A DNA stretch of 64,000 bases from Nitrosopumilaceae archaeon. GTDB lineage: Archaea; Thermoproteota; Nitrososphaeria; Nitrososphaerales; Nitrosopumilaceae. Shown here piece by piece: positions 52,401 through 64,000 of this stretch. Below the pieces are notes generated by a model that had not been told where the DNA came from, made no database searches, and saw nothing but the letters and a program-made list of their open reading frames with translations. The translations under genes were made by a program, and so were the position numbers. Where the stretch lies: positions 64,001 to 128,000 of the forward strand of contig CBDBMG010000003.1 of the NCBI GenBank assembly GCA_965207375.1, in the 5' to 3' direction. How positions within the stretch are numbered: position 1 is the stretch's first letter; the number at the start of each line of letters is the position of its first letter.

Positions 52401-54664
52401 CATGCCAAGATAAGTGAACGGTGTAGATTACAGGGTTTGGTGTTATCGTTCATGCCACGATAAGTGAACGGCGTAGATTACAGTCCTTCCATATTTGGTT
52501 TGGTGTTATCGTTCATGCCACGATAAGTGAACGGCGTAGATTACAGTGTTTCCATATATGGTTTGGTGTTATCGTCCATGCCACGATAAGTGAACGGTGT
52601 AGATTACAGGGTTTGGTGTTATCGTCCATGCCACGATAAGTGACGGCATAGATTACAGTGTTTCCATATATGGTTTGGTGTTATCGTCCATGCCACGATA
52701 AGTGAACGGTGTAGATTACAGGGTTTGGTGTTATCGTCCATGCCACGATAAGTGAACGGCGGAGATTACAGTTCTTCCATATATAGTTTGGTGTTATCGT
52801 TCATGCCACGATAAGTGAACGGCATAGATTACAGGGTTTGGTGTTATCGTTCATGCCACGATAAGTGAACGGCGTAGATTACAGTGCTTCCATTATGGTT
52901 CGTCCATGCCACGTTTTGTACGTGTGCGTTGATTAGAAAAAATGAAACGTGAAGAGAGATTGCAGCGACGAATAGACCTTTACAGACAACGAAGGGACAA
53001 GGAGAGGTTCATGCATACGTCGCTACATGCAACTTATTGAATGATTAATTGAACAGTTAAAATTACGATCAGGCTCGCCCCTCGATGCTGTTAGCATCTG
53101 TCTAGTAATAAAAGAAGGGAGAGTCACATGTTAAACACCATAAATTATGCAGAGTTACTCTACTCAGACATTACCATGAAACAAAAATAATTCCGCACCT
53201 GGGTGGGCTCGAACCACCAACCTTTTGGTTAACAGCCAAACACGCTAACCAATTGCGCCACAGATGCAGATGGAAACGCAAGCCGTAAACCTCACCAATA
53301 GAAGGATGTTAAATTAAAATATAAGGCCAAACAAAGTTAAAAATGTTTCTGGTCCTCCTGCCTGGTTATTTTTGCTAACCAGTAAAATATTTTTTATTAA
53401 CCATACAAATAATTTTGTGGATACCTTTATGTAAAAAATACAAAATTAAGCAAATTTTATAATGGATGAAAGAAATATTGTGTATGATCAATAAAAGTAA
53501 CCAGTTTTAGTTTTAATATGCCTGGATCAGAAACACATACCGTATACGTGGTAATTTTCGAAGGTCTTATATTTCACGGAAGATAAGTCTGTAAGGATTT
53601 TCGTGGTTTAATTTTCGCTGATCAGTAAGTCGAATACAGTGTTTCCTTAAGCTACTGCTTCTTTTCAAGGATTAAAATTTTGTGCTTGACAAGCTTACAG
53701 CGAAATCTGCGAAATTTACGTCCCTCAAAAATTACCGCGTATACGGTATTTAACTTTGCAGCCTAACCAGTGTAAGCTTTTGACCATGTGTGATTCTTGC
53801 TATTGCAGAATTTCACACACAATACTCCACACTTCTTTTTTAAAGGTATAATCTTGTTTCAGCATACCGCAAATCCCAAATCCTGGCAGTCCCATCCTCT
53901 CCGCCAGTGTACATCCACTTGCCGTTCTCACAGAACCCGACGGCTGTGACGTTCTTTGATATCCCGTTATAGTCCATCACCTGGAGGGATATACAGCAGT
54001 ATGCTACCATCACTACTACCATATACGGTAAAACATTGGGGGAAACTTTCAGTTTTCGTGATTTTTTGCTCAACTGCAAATGTTTTACATCAAATAGTTT
54101 ACTAGCAATAGTCAAAAGAAGCTGCTACCATGACAGTTTTCCTGTGAGCATTTATTATCTATTCTAACGGCGAAAGTTCTCCCTGAATGTTTTGCCATAT
54201 ATGGTATACTGATTGTTACTCACTGGGTTTGTATCCGTTGAGCAGACATGATACATTTTAACATGTTGGTAACCTATGATACGTCAAACAGTGCATATAT
54301 AACAAGTTGTAAATTTAGCAATCAAGAATGCTTTGTCAGCATACACATGAACAAATATACACATATAAATGTACAACACACATGCAGATGCACTCGCCAC
54401 ACACACATACGCACGCACGCACACACCTGCTACAGCAACATATTTCTTGTCAGGTGTAATGGCAAGCCCATTCACTTGCTGTAAGACAAATAAAACATCA
54501 TAGATAATAGGTGCAGTCCTCATAAGTGTACAGTATAATTTGCTACTTAAATGACTCACGGAGTCCGCGTGCTGAGCGGAACGGTAGCACACGCCATCGT
54601 GCGGATGCCAGAACTTGATCGTGTGGTCGTAGCCGCCTGTTACAAAAATAATATCTCCAGACAT
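49461..54664 (-). CDS. MLST8: Target of rapamycin complex subunit LST8 (WD40); 8 exons seen, last exon not found
   Basis: [25 protein letters not shown] | [11 protein letters not shown] | GYQHVKMY | [29 protein letters not shown] | [20 protein letters not shown] | [26 protein letters not shown] | [17 protein letters not shown] | [31 protein letters not shown]. Confidence 0.93.
52246..53105 (+). mobile_element. Non-autonomous Helitron/Helentron-like element with subterminal inverted repeats and an internal hairpin array
   Basis: A|TTGGGGCGAGCCTGA ... TCAGGCTCGCCCC, 3' hairpin GATGCT-gtt-AGCATC, end CTAG|T, no TSD; internal tandem array 52364-52912. Confidence 0.75.
53194..53267 (-). tRNA. tRNA-Asn (GTT), in an MLST8 intron
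   Basis: GCATCTGTGGCGCAATTGGTTAGCGTGTTTGGCT-GTT-AACCAAAAGGTTGGTGGTTCGAGCCCACCCAGGTGCG; cloverleaf closes; T5 terminator just downstream. Confidence 0.9.
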
Positions 54665-54769
54665 GTACAAAATTATTAGAATATGTTTCTATCCAATGCC
54701 CACTGAAACAACGTGAACTTGGTAATTGTCTGTAAAAGATTTATTTATGTGTATGAGGCGTGGATCATT

Positions 54770-57700
54770 ATGTCTTTGCAAAATGAAGATAATCATGGAG
54801 CTGTTAAGGTGGAGAGAGCTGCATGCCCGTACAAGAACATGTCGCACAAATTTAAATTCGAGAAGAAACGAGAATTCAAGGCGCAGTATGCACACATATA
54901 TTTCGCCAGACTACAGAAAATGAAGAAGTCGTTGCAGGACTCGGCAAAGCGAAAATGGGGTGAGTTATGCCATAGATCACTATGTCCCCAGTGTGCATCG
55001 ATTTCGCGCCGTAATCACGTGAGATACCCCTTCCATTTCCAGGTGACGTAAGCATAGTTCCAATCAGTGGATTGAAGGATCTCACTGATAAATGTTGCAT
55101 TGTAGGGACACTGTTTAAAGAAATGGAGCTGAAGCCATCCATCTTGAAGGAGATTAGTCAACAGGTAACTGACTGACAGAAAAGAGTTTAGTAGGTCAGT
55201 ATGAAGTGGTTAGCTTCTTTGAGGTAGCACTAGTTGGTATTGCTATGATTGTGCCTACTACATATGGTCTGCCATATACAGTTTAGATATGGAATTTACC
55301 AATTTTAAAATCTCTGCCAAGATTTAAAGATTAGAGTGCAGATTTATAGATTTGATTAAAATTTCAGGATTTACACTGTGTACATTTCAGGAATTGCAAT
55401 GTATTCATTAGTATTTCAAGCATATTTATCATGGTAATAGGATTTGAGATTTGAGCGATCTGATCTAAGATTTGATACATGGCAAACCCATTGATCTGTA
55501 ATTGTAATTCAACCACTCTGTCTAAATTTTCACCCTAAATCTAGTAATAAATATAATGAACAAATAAACAATAGTGTATGGTACTAGTCTCATCCCCAGA
55601 TGGGCCCGTGCTAATAGCACAAACACCGTCTGGTGACAATAGTTGATTTTCTTGATTCCGGAAGCCAAGATTTTGGCTGTCCAATCAGCTGTGAGGAGTT
55701 ACATAATCCACTAAAAATATTAGAATATCATGAGATATGGAAGGTTTACTGCCGTCTAGAATACCCTATCCTATAACGAAAATGTTCTAATAGCTGTGTG
55801 TATTATTTGTATAGGGAACGGATTTTCCGACACGACTTATTAAGCGACACGATATTCTAATATTTTAAGTGGGTTGTGAAATGATTGGCTAGATTTGAAC
55901 TTCCGGAATCAAGAAAATAGACTAATGTCACCAGACAGTGTTTGCACTATTAGCGTAAGCCCAGCTGGGAACGAGACTAATATGGTACATGTTTATTTAT
56001 TTATTTATTTACTAGCATCATTTAGTGCCATTACCACCAAGAAAGAAGTACCTTCATAAAACAGACTCACTAGTGTTAGAGGATGAAGCACAGAGGATCA
56101 ACCTTACTGGTGATATCCCAGTAGACGAGCTACTCACTGGCATCACCATAGCGTTACTAGGAAAAAGCGATGACAGTGGGAAATTTCATGTTGAGGAATA
56201 TTGTTTTGCTGGAGAATGTCCTACCATTGATGTTACCATGAACAACAGTATGAATGATATGTCTGACGATGATGATAACGACAAGTATGAAGATTTCGGC
56301 AAGCAGAATTTTTATAATTTCCAAAGTTTCATGTGAATGTGTGCTAAGGACTAAGTTGTGGGTACTAGAAAGAAAAATTTGGTCATTTAATATCACGAAC
56401 TTTTGTTTCGTGAGTTTTAATGTTTCAAAATGTTATCTTGGTGTCTTGTTGGTGTGTTCTATTAGGACATTTTGCATTATTTTATAGGTACATTGCTATA
56501 GTGTCAGGACTTAATGTTGGCTCTGCACACTGTGATCAGCTGAGCCTACAACTGTTCATCGATTACATAACTAGCACCGTGGACAGGGCTGCCAACCGTT
56601 GCAGTAGTGTCGTCCGACTGATAGTGGCGGGTAACTGCATCACTGATAATCCTGTGAAGTCTTCAACTGCAGTAGTTGATAGCAAAGTATGGTTACTACA
56701 ATAATATGGCCATCATAATTATACAGATTACTGTATGCCTTAGGCTGGTGTTTAATTTTAGCAAAAATAATCAATAATATTATTAAGCAGTGGCGTTGGA
56801 AGGTGTGGGTGGGGTTGGAGGCCTCCCCACAATTTTGAAAGTATAGAGGAAGAGCACCCAATCAAAATACTCTAATAAAGCAGTCATTTATCCTAATAGA
56901 GCAGTTAATAATGCATCATGTTATCATTACCAGCAATGCTGTACCCATGCACCACCACCACTGTTAAATGTCAATTGTTAAGGATCATATTTGTGATATT
57001 AATTCCTAATTGGTCTGGTTAATGAACATAGTATGACAACTAATGCTATATACAATGAGATCCAACCGATATGTTGTATACATATTCACTATATTAGAGC
57101 ATGAATTAATGGTTAAAAGTGCTCAGATGCGTCAGCACAAAATAAAATTTTGTCCTGCCAAATCAGTAGAAATACATACCGTAGTATTATAGCTAGACTC
57201 AGAACAATGCTTGGAAATGTCAGACTGTTACTTCATGCTCTGTAAATGTACTAACCTTGCCATGTATGTTAGATTGTGTTGATTTCCTGTAGACTAAATA
57301 TCAGACTAAGAATTATTCAGCTCAGAGCATTGAAGCAGTAAAAGAACTGGATACTGTACTGACACAATTAGCGGTAAGTTTGAGTAGTTTTAAGCAGTTT
57401 CGTTGCATTGAGACACTATTGAGGATTACAATGATCACCCTAGTGGATTGTAAAAAATGTTACATCCCTGGTGGGACTCGAACCCACAACCTTTGAATTA
57501 GAAGTCCAATGCGCTAATCCATTGTGCCACAGGGACCTTGATGATAAGGAATGTTTTGTCAAACTTGTATACTTAGCTATACCTATTCATGCTAGACAAC
57601 TTGTCCATTGTCTGTAGTGGTCATTCAGTGTATATCCCTATCAGTCATACTTGTATGGTAATATTACTGAGAGATTTCTATGTATAGCTATTATGGTGAG

Positions 57701-60068
57701 CACTCGTTTTGTAGAGTTGTCTACCGGTGGATGTAATGCCTGGATCACATGATCCGACTAACCACTTGTTGCCACAGCATCCACTTCATTGTTGTATGTT
57801 CCCTCAGGCATCACGTTACTCAATGTTACAATGTGTCACCAATCCCTACCAGGCTAGGGTGGGGGGAGTTTTGTAAGTTACACGAACTCATGCAACTGAG
57901 TGAGGGGATATTGATAAAACAATATTTTCTTACAGGTTATTAGGAACATCAGGTCAAAATATTGATGATGCAATGAGATTCTCATCCTATACTGATCCAA
58001 TGGCGGTATTGGAGCATACGTTGTTATGGAAACATTTGGCTCCCACTACACCTGATACTCTTAGTTGTTTTCCATACACAACTGATGACCCCTTCATCCT
58101 TGAGGACCACCCACAGATCTATTTTGCTGCTAATCAAGCATCACAGCAACATAAGATTATTAAAGGTATTCATTGCAGCTATAGCTAGAGTCTTGTATTA
58201 AGTTAAGTAACTCAGTATCCAGCCACTGCTGGATAGGTTGAGGTGATAGGGTCACAGAATGTAGCTATATATTACATAGCAATACCATGTGGACTTGGAT
58301 TGTTACCTGACATGATATGTAAAGTGACTGCACTGTAGCTAGCTAGCTATATGTTATTTCTTCAAAGGAAATCAATAAAATTTAATAGCCATTCCATGGC
58401 ATTTAAGGTATTGCCATGTGTTTATTTTCTTATCGCATAGCTAGCTTGTATATATTGTGCCATTAGTAGCAGTGCAATTATTCTCAAATTGGTAGCCTAG
58501 GGGATAGCAATATTCAGTAATTGCATGCTAAGATAGCGAATCAAAATTCACAATGCAGGAAGCCATTTAAATGCAACAAACAATGATGTGATAAACAGCA
58601 AGCGTAGCACTGGAGATTCATAGTAACTGACTTACATGACAACAAAGTAATGAATACAGGTGTAACGAATACTCCATAGTATGTAGAAGAATTTCTCGAT
58701 GATAACTTCTTAGAATGGAATTCTGAATGCAGAACTGCTAAAAACAATGTGGAAGGAACAAGATTTGTGACCATGCCTCAGATTGAAATGAGCAGCGGGC
58801 GTCGTAGTTCGTGCTATGCGATTAGTAGGCAATCACACATTTTCGTGCAATTCGAGAATAATTGTACACGTAACAGTCAAATTGCACTCCCCTTTCCCTT
58901 GTGCAATTACGTACTTGACTGTTACTGGTACAATTATTCTCAAATTGCACTCAACTGTGTGTGAAATTAGCTACATACTGGGAGCTAAGCAATTTAGTAA
59001 CCCTCAGGCCCTTAACTGCACTAGGGATGCTACATCCTCAGGCATTTGGGCTACTAGCATCTAACTGTCATATAGTTTATGTAGTATAGCTACAAAGGAT
59101 AGCTAACCATTTTGTATTTCAGATACACATTAAGTAAATAGCTACCGTATAGCTAGCGTAATTTTTGACAGGGGAAAATATTAACAGATTTTAAGCTAAC
59201 ATTAGCAATACATCAAAATTTCCCTTTCAGTGGTTTTGAGTAGTATAGTGCTAATACAGGTGGCCTAAGATGCTGTACGTCAATATTTTCCGTATTAAAT
59301 TTCTCAATGAAATACATCCATCAATATTTTCCCTGTTAAAAATTTGCGCTAGCTATATGGTAGGAACACGTATAGCTAGTTGTCTAGCTGGTAATGCCTG
59401 AGGCTTTAGGGCACTAAGTAAACACACGTAGTGATCTAGCTAGTGATTTATTAAACCTGCAAATTCACTACATTCAAATTGTAGTCTAAGCGTTAGTAAT
59501 GCAATTAGCTAGCTACAGAAACTAGCTATATAGCTAGCTTACCTAATTTTTGGAAGGGCTATCTTTTATAACAAGATATCTGTGTTGGTTTATATTCCTA
59601 AGCACATGGGCATAATACTGAGCATAACAGGTGAAATTTATGAGCACTACAACATAACATAGTAGGTAAAGATAAAAGCATAATAGGCTGTCCATACCAT
59701 AATAGCCGTTCCATGACATTGAAGGTGTTGCCATGTTTTTTTGCCATACAAAATAGCTATAGATAATAGCTATGTGTCTTCATTGTTAGTCACAATGCAC
59801 TCTATAGCTACCTGTTTCTACAGATGATGATGGTAGAAGAACTTGTCTACTGACAGTTCCTAACTTTGATCAAACACACAGTTGTGTTCTTGTCAACCTG
59901 AAGACCCTAAAGTGCAGTGAGATACAATTCCGTACATCACTAGTCTCATCATCACCAAGTGTGCCACACCCCATGGATACAGGAGACACTCCTATGGCTG
60001 CAGAGTCAGAAGAAGACATCAACTACATGGAGCTCTATCAAGATGACAATGATGATGATATGGATTAA
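54770..60068 (+). CDS. POLD2: DNA polymerase delta subunit 2, 8 exons (~54770-54959, 55043-55164, 56016-56284, 56488-56686, 57293-57372, 57715-57872, 57936-58165, 59824-60068)
   Basis: [115 protein letters not shown]. No lesion seen. Confidence 0.95.
55585..55979. mobile_element. AcademH-like MITE in POLD2 intron 2
   Basis: TAGTCTC...GAGACTA long TIRs; 9-bp TSD GTATGGTAC / ATATGGTAC (8/9). Confidence 0.8.
57463..57536 (-). tRNA. tRNA-Arg (TCT), intronless, antisense in a POLD2 intron
   Basis: GTCCCTGTGGCACAATGGATTAGCGCATTGGACT-TCT-AATTCAAAGGTTGTGGGTTCGAGTCCCACCAGGGATG; T6 terminator; one D-stem mismatch. Confidence 0.88.
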
Positions 60069-60791
60069 TTTTATTGTTGGTAGCTAGCTAGCGCCATAAT
60101 GTGTATATGTACATATTATTCTATCTATCTATATGAGGTTTACTATAGCTAGCTATATACAGCACAAGGAAGAATACACAACCTTTATCACAGTTTTATA
60201 GACTTACTTTCTATTCATCTCTAAGACTTTAATCTGCTGTCAGGAGCAATGACCTCATGCACACTAGCTGACTAGCTATGGAGATAACTGATGAATGCCA
60301 AGGGGAAGAAATAGTTAAGATTGTGTATCTGACTGTCCTGAATGTGAATGCAATAGTGGATAAATGTTTTGAAGTACAGAACGGTGAAAGTCTGGTACAT
60401 GGCCATGGATTGCTTTATAGCTATATGTATTCAATCAACATTAGTGGTACTAAGGACATTGAAGATAACCGTGAAGCTGTTAAGTGTAGATGTGTTAGAT
60501 CATTTATTCCATGCTCTTGTATTGAAGTTTAAGTCCATATATATGCAATATCCTAAAGGGAAATATCAGTTAATATATAGCTATATATAGCATCTATTGG
60601 ATTCTCTGATATGGTTGAGGAGGGAGTCTCGAGATCCCAAAGACCCCCTTGATCCTCCACTATGTAAATAAATGTGACTGCATAATTGCAGAGTGCAAGC
60701 AATGTAGCTAGCTATAATTTCTATGTAACCAATTGCAATATGCTATAGCTAATTGTCAAAGTTAACTATAACATGTTTACTTTTAATTATG

Positions 60792-61270
60792 CGAAGACAT
60801 CAACTACATGGAGCTCTATCAAGATGACAATGATGATGATATGGATTAATTATATTGTCGGTAGCTAGCTAGCTAGCTATATAGCTAGTTATAATGTGTG
60901 TGTGTACAAAAAAGTTTATATACTAACTATCACAATTTTACAGATTTGCATTCTATTCACAATGTGAAATGAAATTCAAATCAGCTATATACATGACTTC
61001 AGTCTGGTGAGCATTGAGCCAATGACCTCACACTAACATCCATGCAACTTTTACTTGGTGTGTAGATGTGTTACATCATTTATTCTGTGCTCTCATATTG
61101 AAGTTGAAATTATCCTAATTTGGCAAGGGAAATGTTAATTATATAGTTTACCAATAGCTATACAGCTGTCTTAGATTCTCTGATATATGAGGGGGTCTCG
61201 AGACCACAAAGACCCCCTTGATCTGCCCATGTGTAAATAAATGTGACTGCACAGTTGTGGAGTGCAAGCT
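60792..61270 (+). repeat. Tandem duplicate of the POLD2 C-terminal coding end and 3' region (cf. 60013-60700)
   Basis: Identical gaagacatcaactacatggagctc...atggattaatt at 60013 and 60792, followed by diverged collinear sequence. Confidence 0.9.
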
Positions 61271-61381
61271 TATAAGCTTTAGCATGATATAATTTATTTC
61301 TATAGCTTATGTAGCTAACTAGCTAGCTAGCAGCTATAGTTATTATATAATATAAACATTAAAAGTATATTGATTAAGAAT

Positions 61382-62850
61382 TTAAATTAATTGATTACAA
61401 CAATGTAAACACTGACACATAGGACTACATAGATCACAGCATTGACATGGACTTACAGGGTTTTTACAACAACTATATAAAAAATCTTTAAATAGTAAGT
61501 ACCTACGACACACAGACTTGTTCTTAGCATACTCATGTACAAGTTTGGAAGCTTTCATAGCACTACTTCTATAATATAGAATGGCCTGAGCTTGTGATCC
61601 GTTTTTTCCAGCCCTACCGGTTTCTTGTACCAAATCCTCAAGACTCTGTGGTAATCCCCAATTTATTATCCTAGCAATGTCAGGAATATCAACTCCAAGC
61701 CCAAAAGCACTACTGGCTATCACTAGTCTTAAGATGCTGCGAAATTCATCTAGTATTTCTTCTCTCATATCTGGAGTGGAAGCTGCAGTAAACAATGTAA
61801 CAAGCCATAACTGTCATATATTTAGAAGACCAGGTGGTTTGGTAATTTTTGGGCCAAGTTTTTTCTTAATTGCAGTGAACATATCTGTACATTCACGTAA
61901 TGACCGACAGAATATCACAGTTTTGGGCATATTTGTATGTGCCAAGGTTAGTTCATCAGCTAATGTTGTGGATAATTGTTCAATGGGTTCAGATGGCTTG
62001 ACTATGTATTTAATGTTTGACCTGTCTATGTTTAGCCCGATTATCATGGGATCATCCATAGCCAGATGAGATGTTACGACGCTGATTGTCTGATCAGTGG
62101 CAGTAGCTGTCAAAGCCATGACATTCACAGATTTAGGAATTAAACTTCGAAGTGTTCCTATTTCAAAAAATGCTTTCCGAAAAGTGTCTCCCCTATGCAA
62201 TGAAACAAATAATATGTAGCACACAAAATATACTTGGCTAACCACATCTGGATGCAATGTGCTTCATCGACGACCAGTGCCACTAATCTCTCTTGATACA
62301 CATTCTTCTGAAGCATGTTTCTAAATTTCTTATTGTTAAGTATGGACTCAGGGCTTATGTAAACCAACTGAATTTCTCCTTTCAATACAGACATAGCAGC
62401 CTTTTCATCATTCTGTGCCTCTCCCACAAACTCCACCGTAATACCTTTGTGCTTAAAACTTTGCTTTTGATCAATCATCAGGGCAATCAGTGGGGTAATT
62501 ATAACAGCAATGCTACCTTTACGACCTACAATGAGTGCATAGTTTACATGCATTATTCAAAATATTAACATATAATTATATTTGAAGCTTACCAAAAATA
62601 TTATCAAATAATATAATAATGGAAGTGTTGCATATATAGATTTTCCGTAACCTGTAGGAAGCACAACGAATACATCTTTTCCGGTTGCAAAAGCTTGAAC
62701 AGCTTCTTCCTACAAATGAAAAGTGCTTACTAAGGATTTGTAAAATGCTAGCTATTCCCTTACTTGCTTTGGTTTTAATTGTTCTAACCCCATAGTCATT
62801 AATGTACTTGCCAGGGCAGTCTTAAAATCCACCTGCAGTGCTTCTTTCCT
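61382..62850 (-). pseudogene. Stand-alone RecQ-like SF2 helicase (helicase core plus Cys-rich RQC-like end), disrupted
   Basis: LKPKQ | EEAV..KDVFVVLPTGYGKS, ITPLIALMIDQ, VVDEAHC, FRKAF, MALTATAT, AFGLGVDIPD, QETGRAGK, CRR..CQCCDLC. TGA at 61814-61816 and an apparent frameshift near 62610. Confidence 0.88.
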
Positions 62851-63510
62851 GATGATAACTTCGTAACTTTCAGAACGTCGTAATGTTAGGTAATTACGTA
62901 AAGAAGTGGGGGAATTTCACAGAATGTTTCGTATTTTGGTGCATTGTGGTTCACGATGACCACTGATATTATAATAATCTACACTCAGGTCATTAACCTA
63001 TCCATTAAAGTCTTCATTGCCCATTTGTTTGCTTGATGATCAACAATTAATTAGTTGCTTTAGTTGAGTTGAATGTTTAGGTGTGTGCAAAAACAGCTAT
63101 AGCTAGCTAGCTAGCTAATAGAGCAATATCATAATTAGTCATTTTAGATGCATACATAGCTATAATGGCTACAACAAAACAATTGTGTTTGTACTATCTT
63201 TTCCAGTAGGTAGTTACTTCATAAACTAAATAAAAATTAACAAAAATTCAAAGAAATTCTGGTAGAATCAGTCTCGAATAAATTTGCTGTATATAAATTT
63301 GAACTTGTAGCTACATACAATGTCTAGATTTCTAATCTATTGCTTGTGGTGGGAGTCACAAGTGAAGACAAATGATTATCTGTATGACTGTCTAATTGAT
63401 GTGAAAAATACAGTTAAACTAGCTAGCTACGACGTTCTGAAACTTTGATTAGAATGTCATGAAAGTTAAGGTTAGGTGGGGCAATTCCAAACGTGGGGAA
63501 ATTCCATATT

Positions 63511-63762
63511 TGTGACTGGATTTTGGAAAACAGACCATATTGTCATGCGTGAAATAAATAGAATTTCCATGTTTATGCATTTGTAATTTTAACAAGTACA
63601 AACTTCTAAACTATTTCCAATACTTAAATAGTAATTCAAGTTGTGTGTGATTGATTTAACCACTTATTAAGCCAGTAGTATCATCTGGAGTGTCTTAAAT
63701 AAACAGAAATATAAATGATGTCAAATGTGACAAAATGGTCTGTTTTCCAAAATCCAGTCACA
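63511..63762. mobile_element. MITE, TGTGAC family
   Basis: tgtgactggattttggaaaacagaccat / atggtctgttttccaaaatccagtcaca (28-bp perfect TIR). Confidence 0.88.
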
Positions 63763-64000
63763 TTTTAAGAATCTCTGTACATCTTTGGCCTGAAGAAATT
63801 CATAGATAGTTGAAGTTTATCGCATCAACTTATTACATGGACCATACTGAAAGTTGCATAATGCATAAACTTACAAAATAAAATTTGCTTGGCTTCACCA
63901 CACAATGTTCACTAATGTCTCTTAATGTTCTCAAGCTAGCTGGAGATCAAAGCCAAACATCAAATTTTCAGTGTTTTAGAATGTTGCAAGTAAAGTTTTT

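Noticed and set aside
52364-52912. CRISPR-like array of palindromic repeats
   Set aside because: The linkers are short and near-identical rather than unique spacers, there are no cas genes, and the array lies inside a eukaryotic TE in an intron.
62868-63442. 15-bp inverted pair tttcagaacgtcgta / tacgacgttctgaaa upstream of the helicase
   Set aside because: Points outward from an AT-rich spacer, has no TSD and does not extend; I could not assign it to an element.

Overview
AT-rich, intron-rich animal genomic DNA. The repeat types and gene structures resemble a demosponge, but that is inference only. Genes recognisable by hand-splicing: 5' part of an acyl-protein thioesterase (LYPLA1/2, -), POP1 (-, at least four disabling lesions), RIDA (+, head-to-head with POP1, 57 bp between ATGs, the same arrangement as in human), a small unknown MGCTSS-start gene (-), SRP14 (+), a truncated and frameshifted TRAF (-), MLST8 (-, last exon not found), POLD2 (+, apparently intact) and a disrupted stand-alone RecQ-like helicase (-). 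There are also two intronic tRNA genes (Asn-GTT, Arg-TCT). POP1 intron 1 (about 15 kb) holds a nest: a hAT transposon inside a Ty3/Gypsy element with 81-88 bp LTRs, inside a probable non-autonomous Helitron. MITEs are abundant and sort by target-site duplication (TSD) length: 7 bp (P/Galileo-like), 8 bp (hAT), 9 bp (AcademH-like) and TA (Tc1/mariner-like). The most unusual signals are a recurrent TA->TAGCTA / TA->TACGTA 4-bp insertion signature visible between repeat copies, a 41-bp hairpin insertion with a 7-bp TSD whose empty site is present in the window, a ~2-kb foldback structure, and Helitron-like elements carrying hairpin arrays. All coordinates were read by eye and may be off by a few bases.
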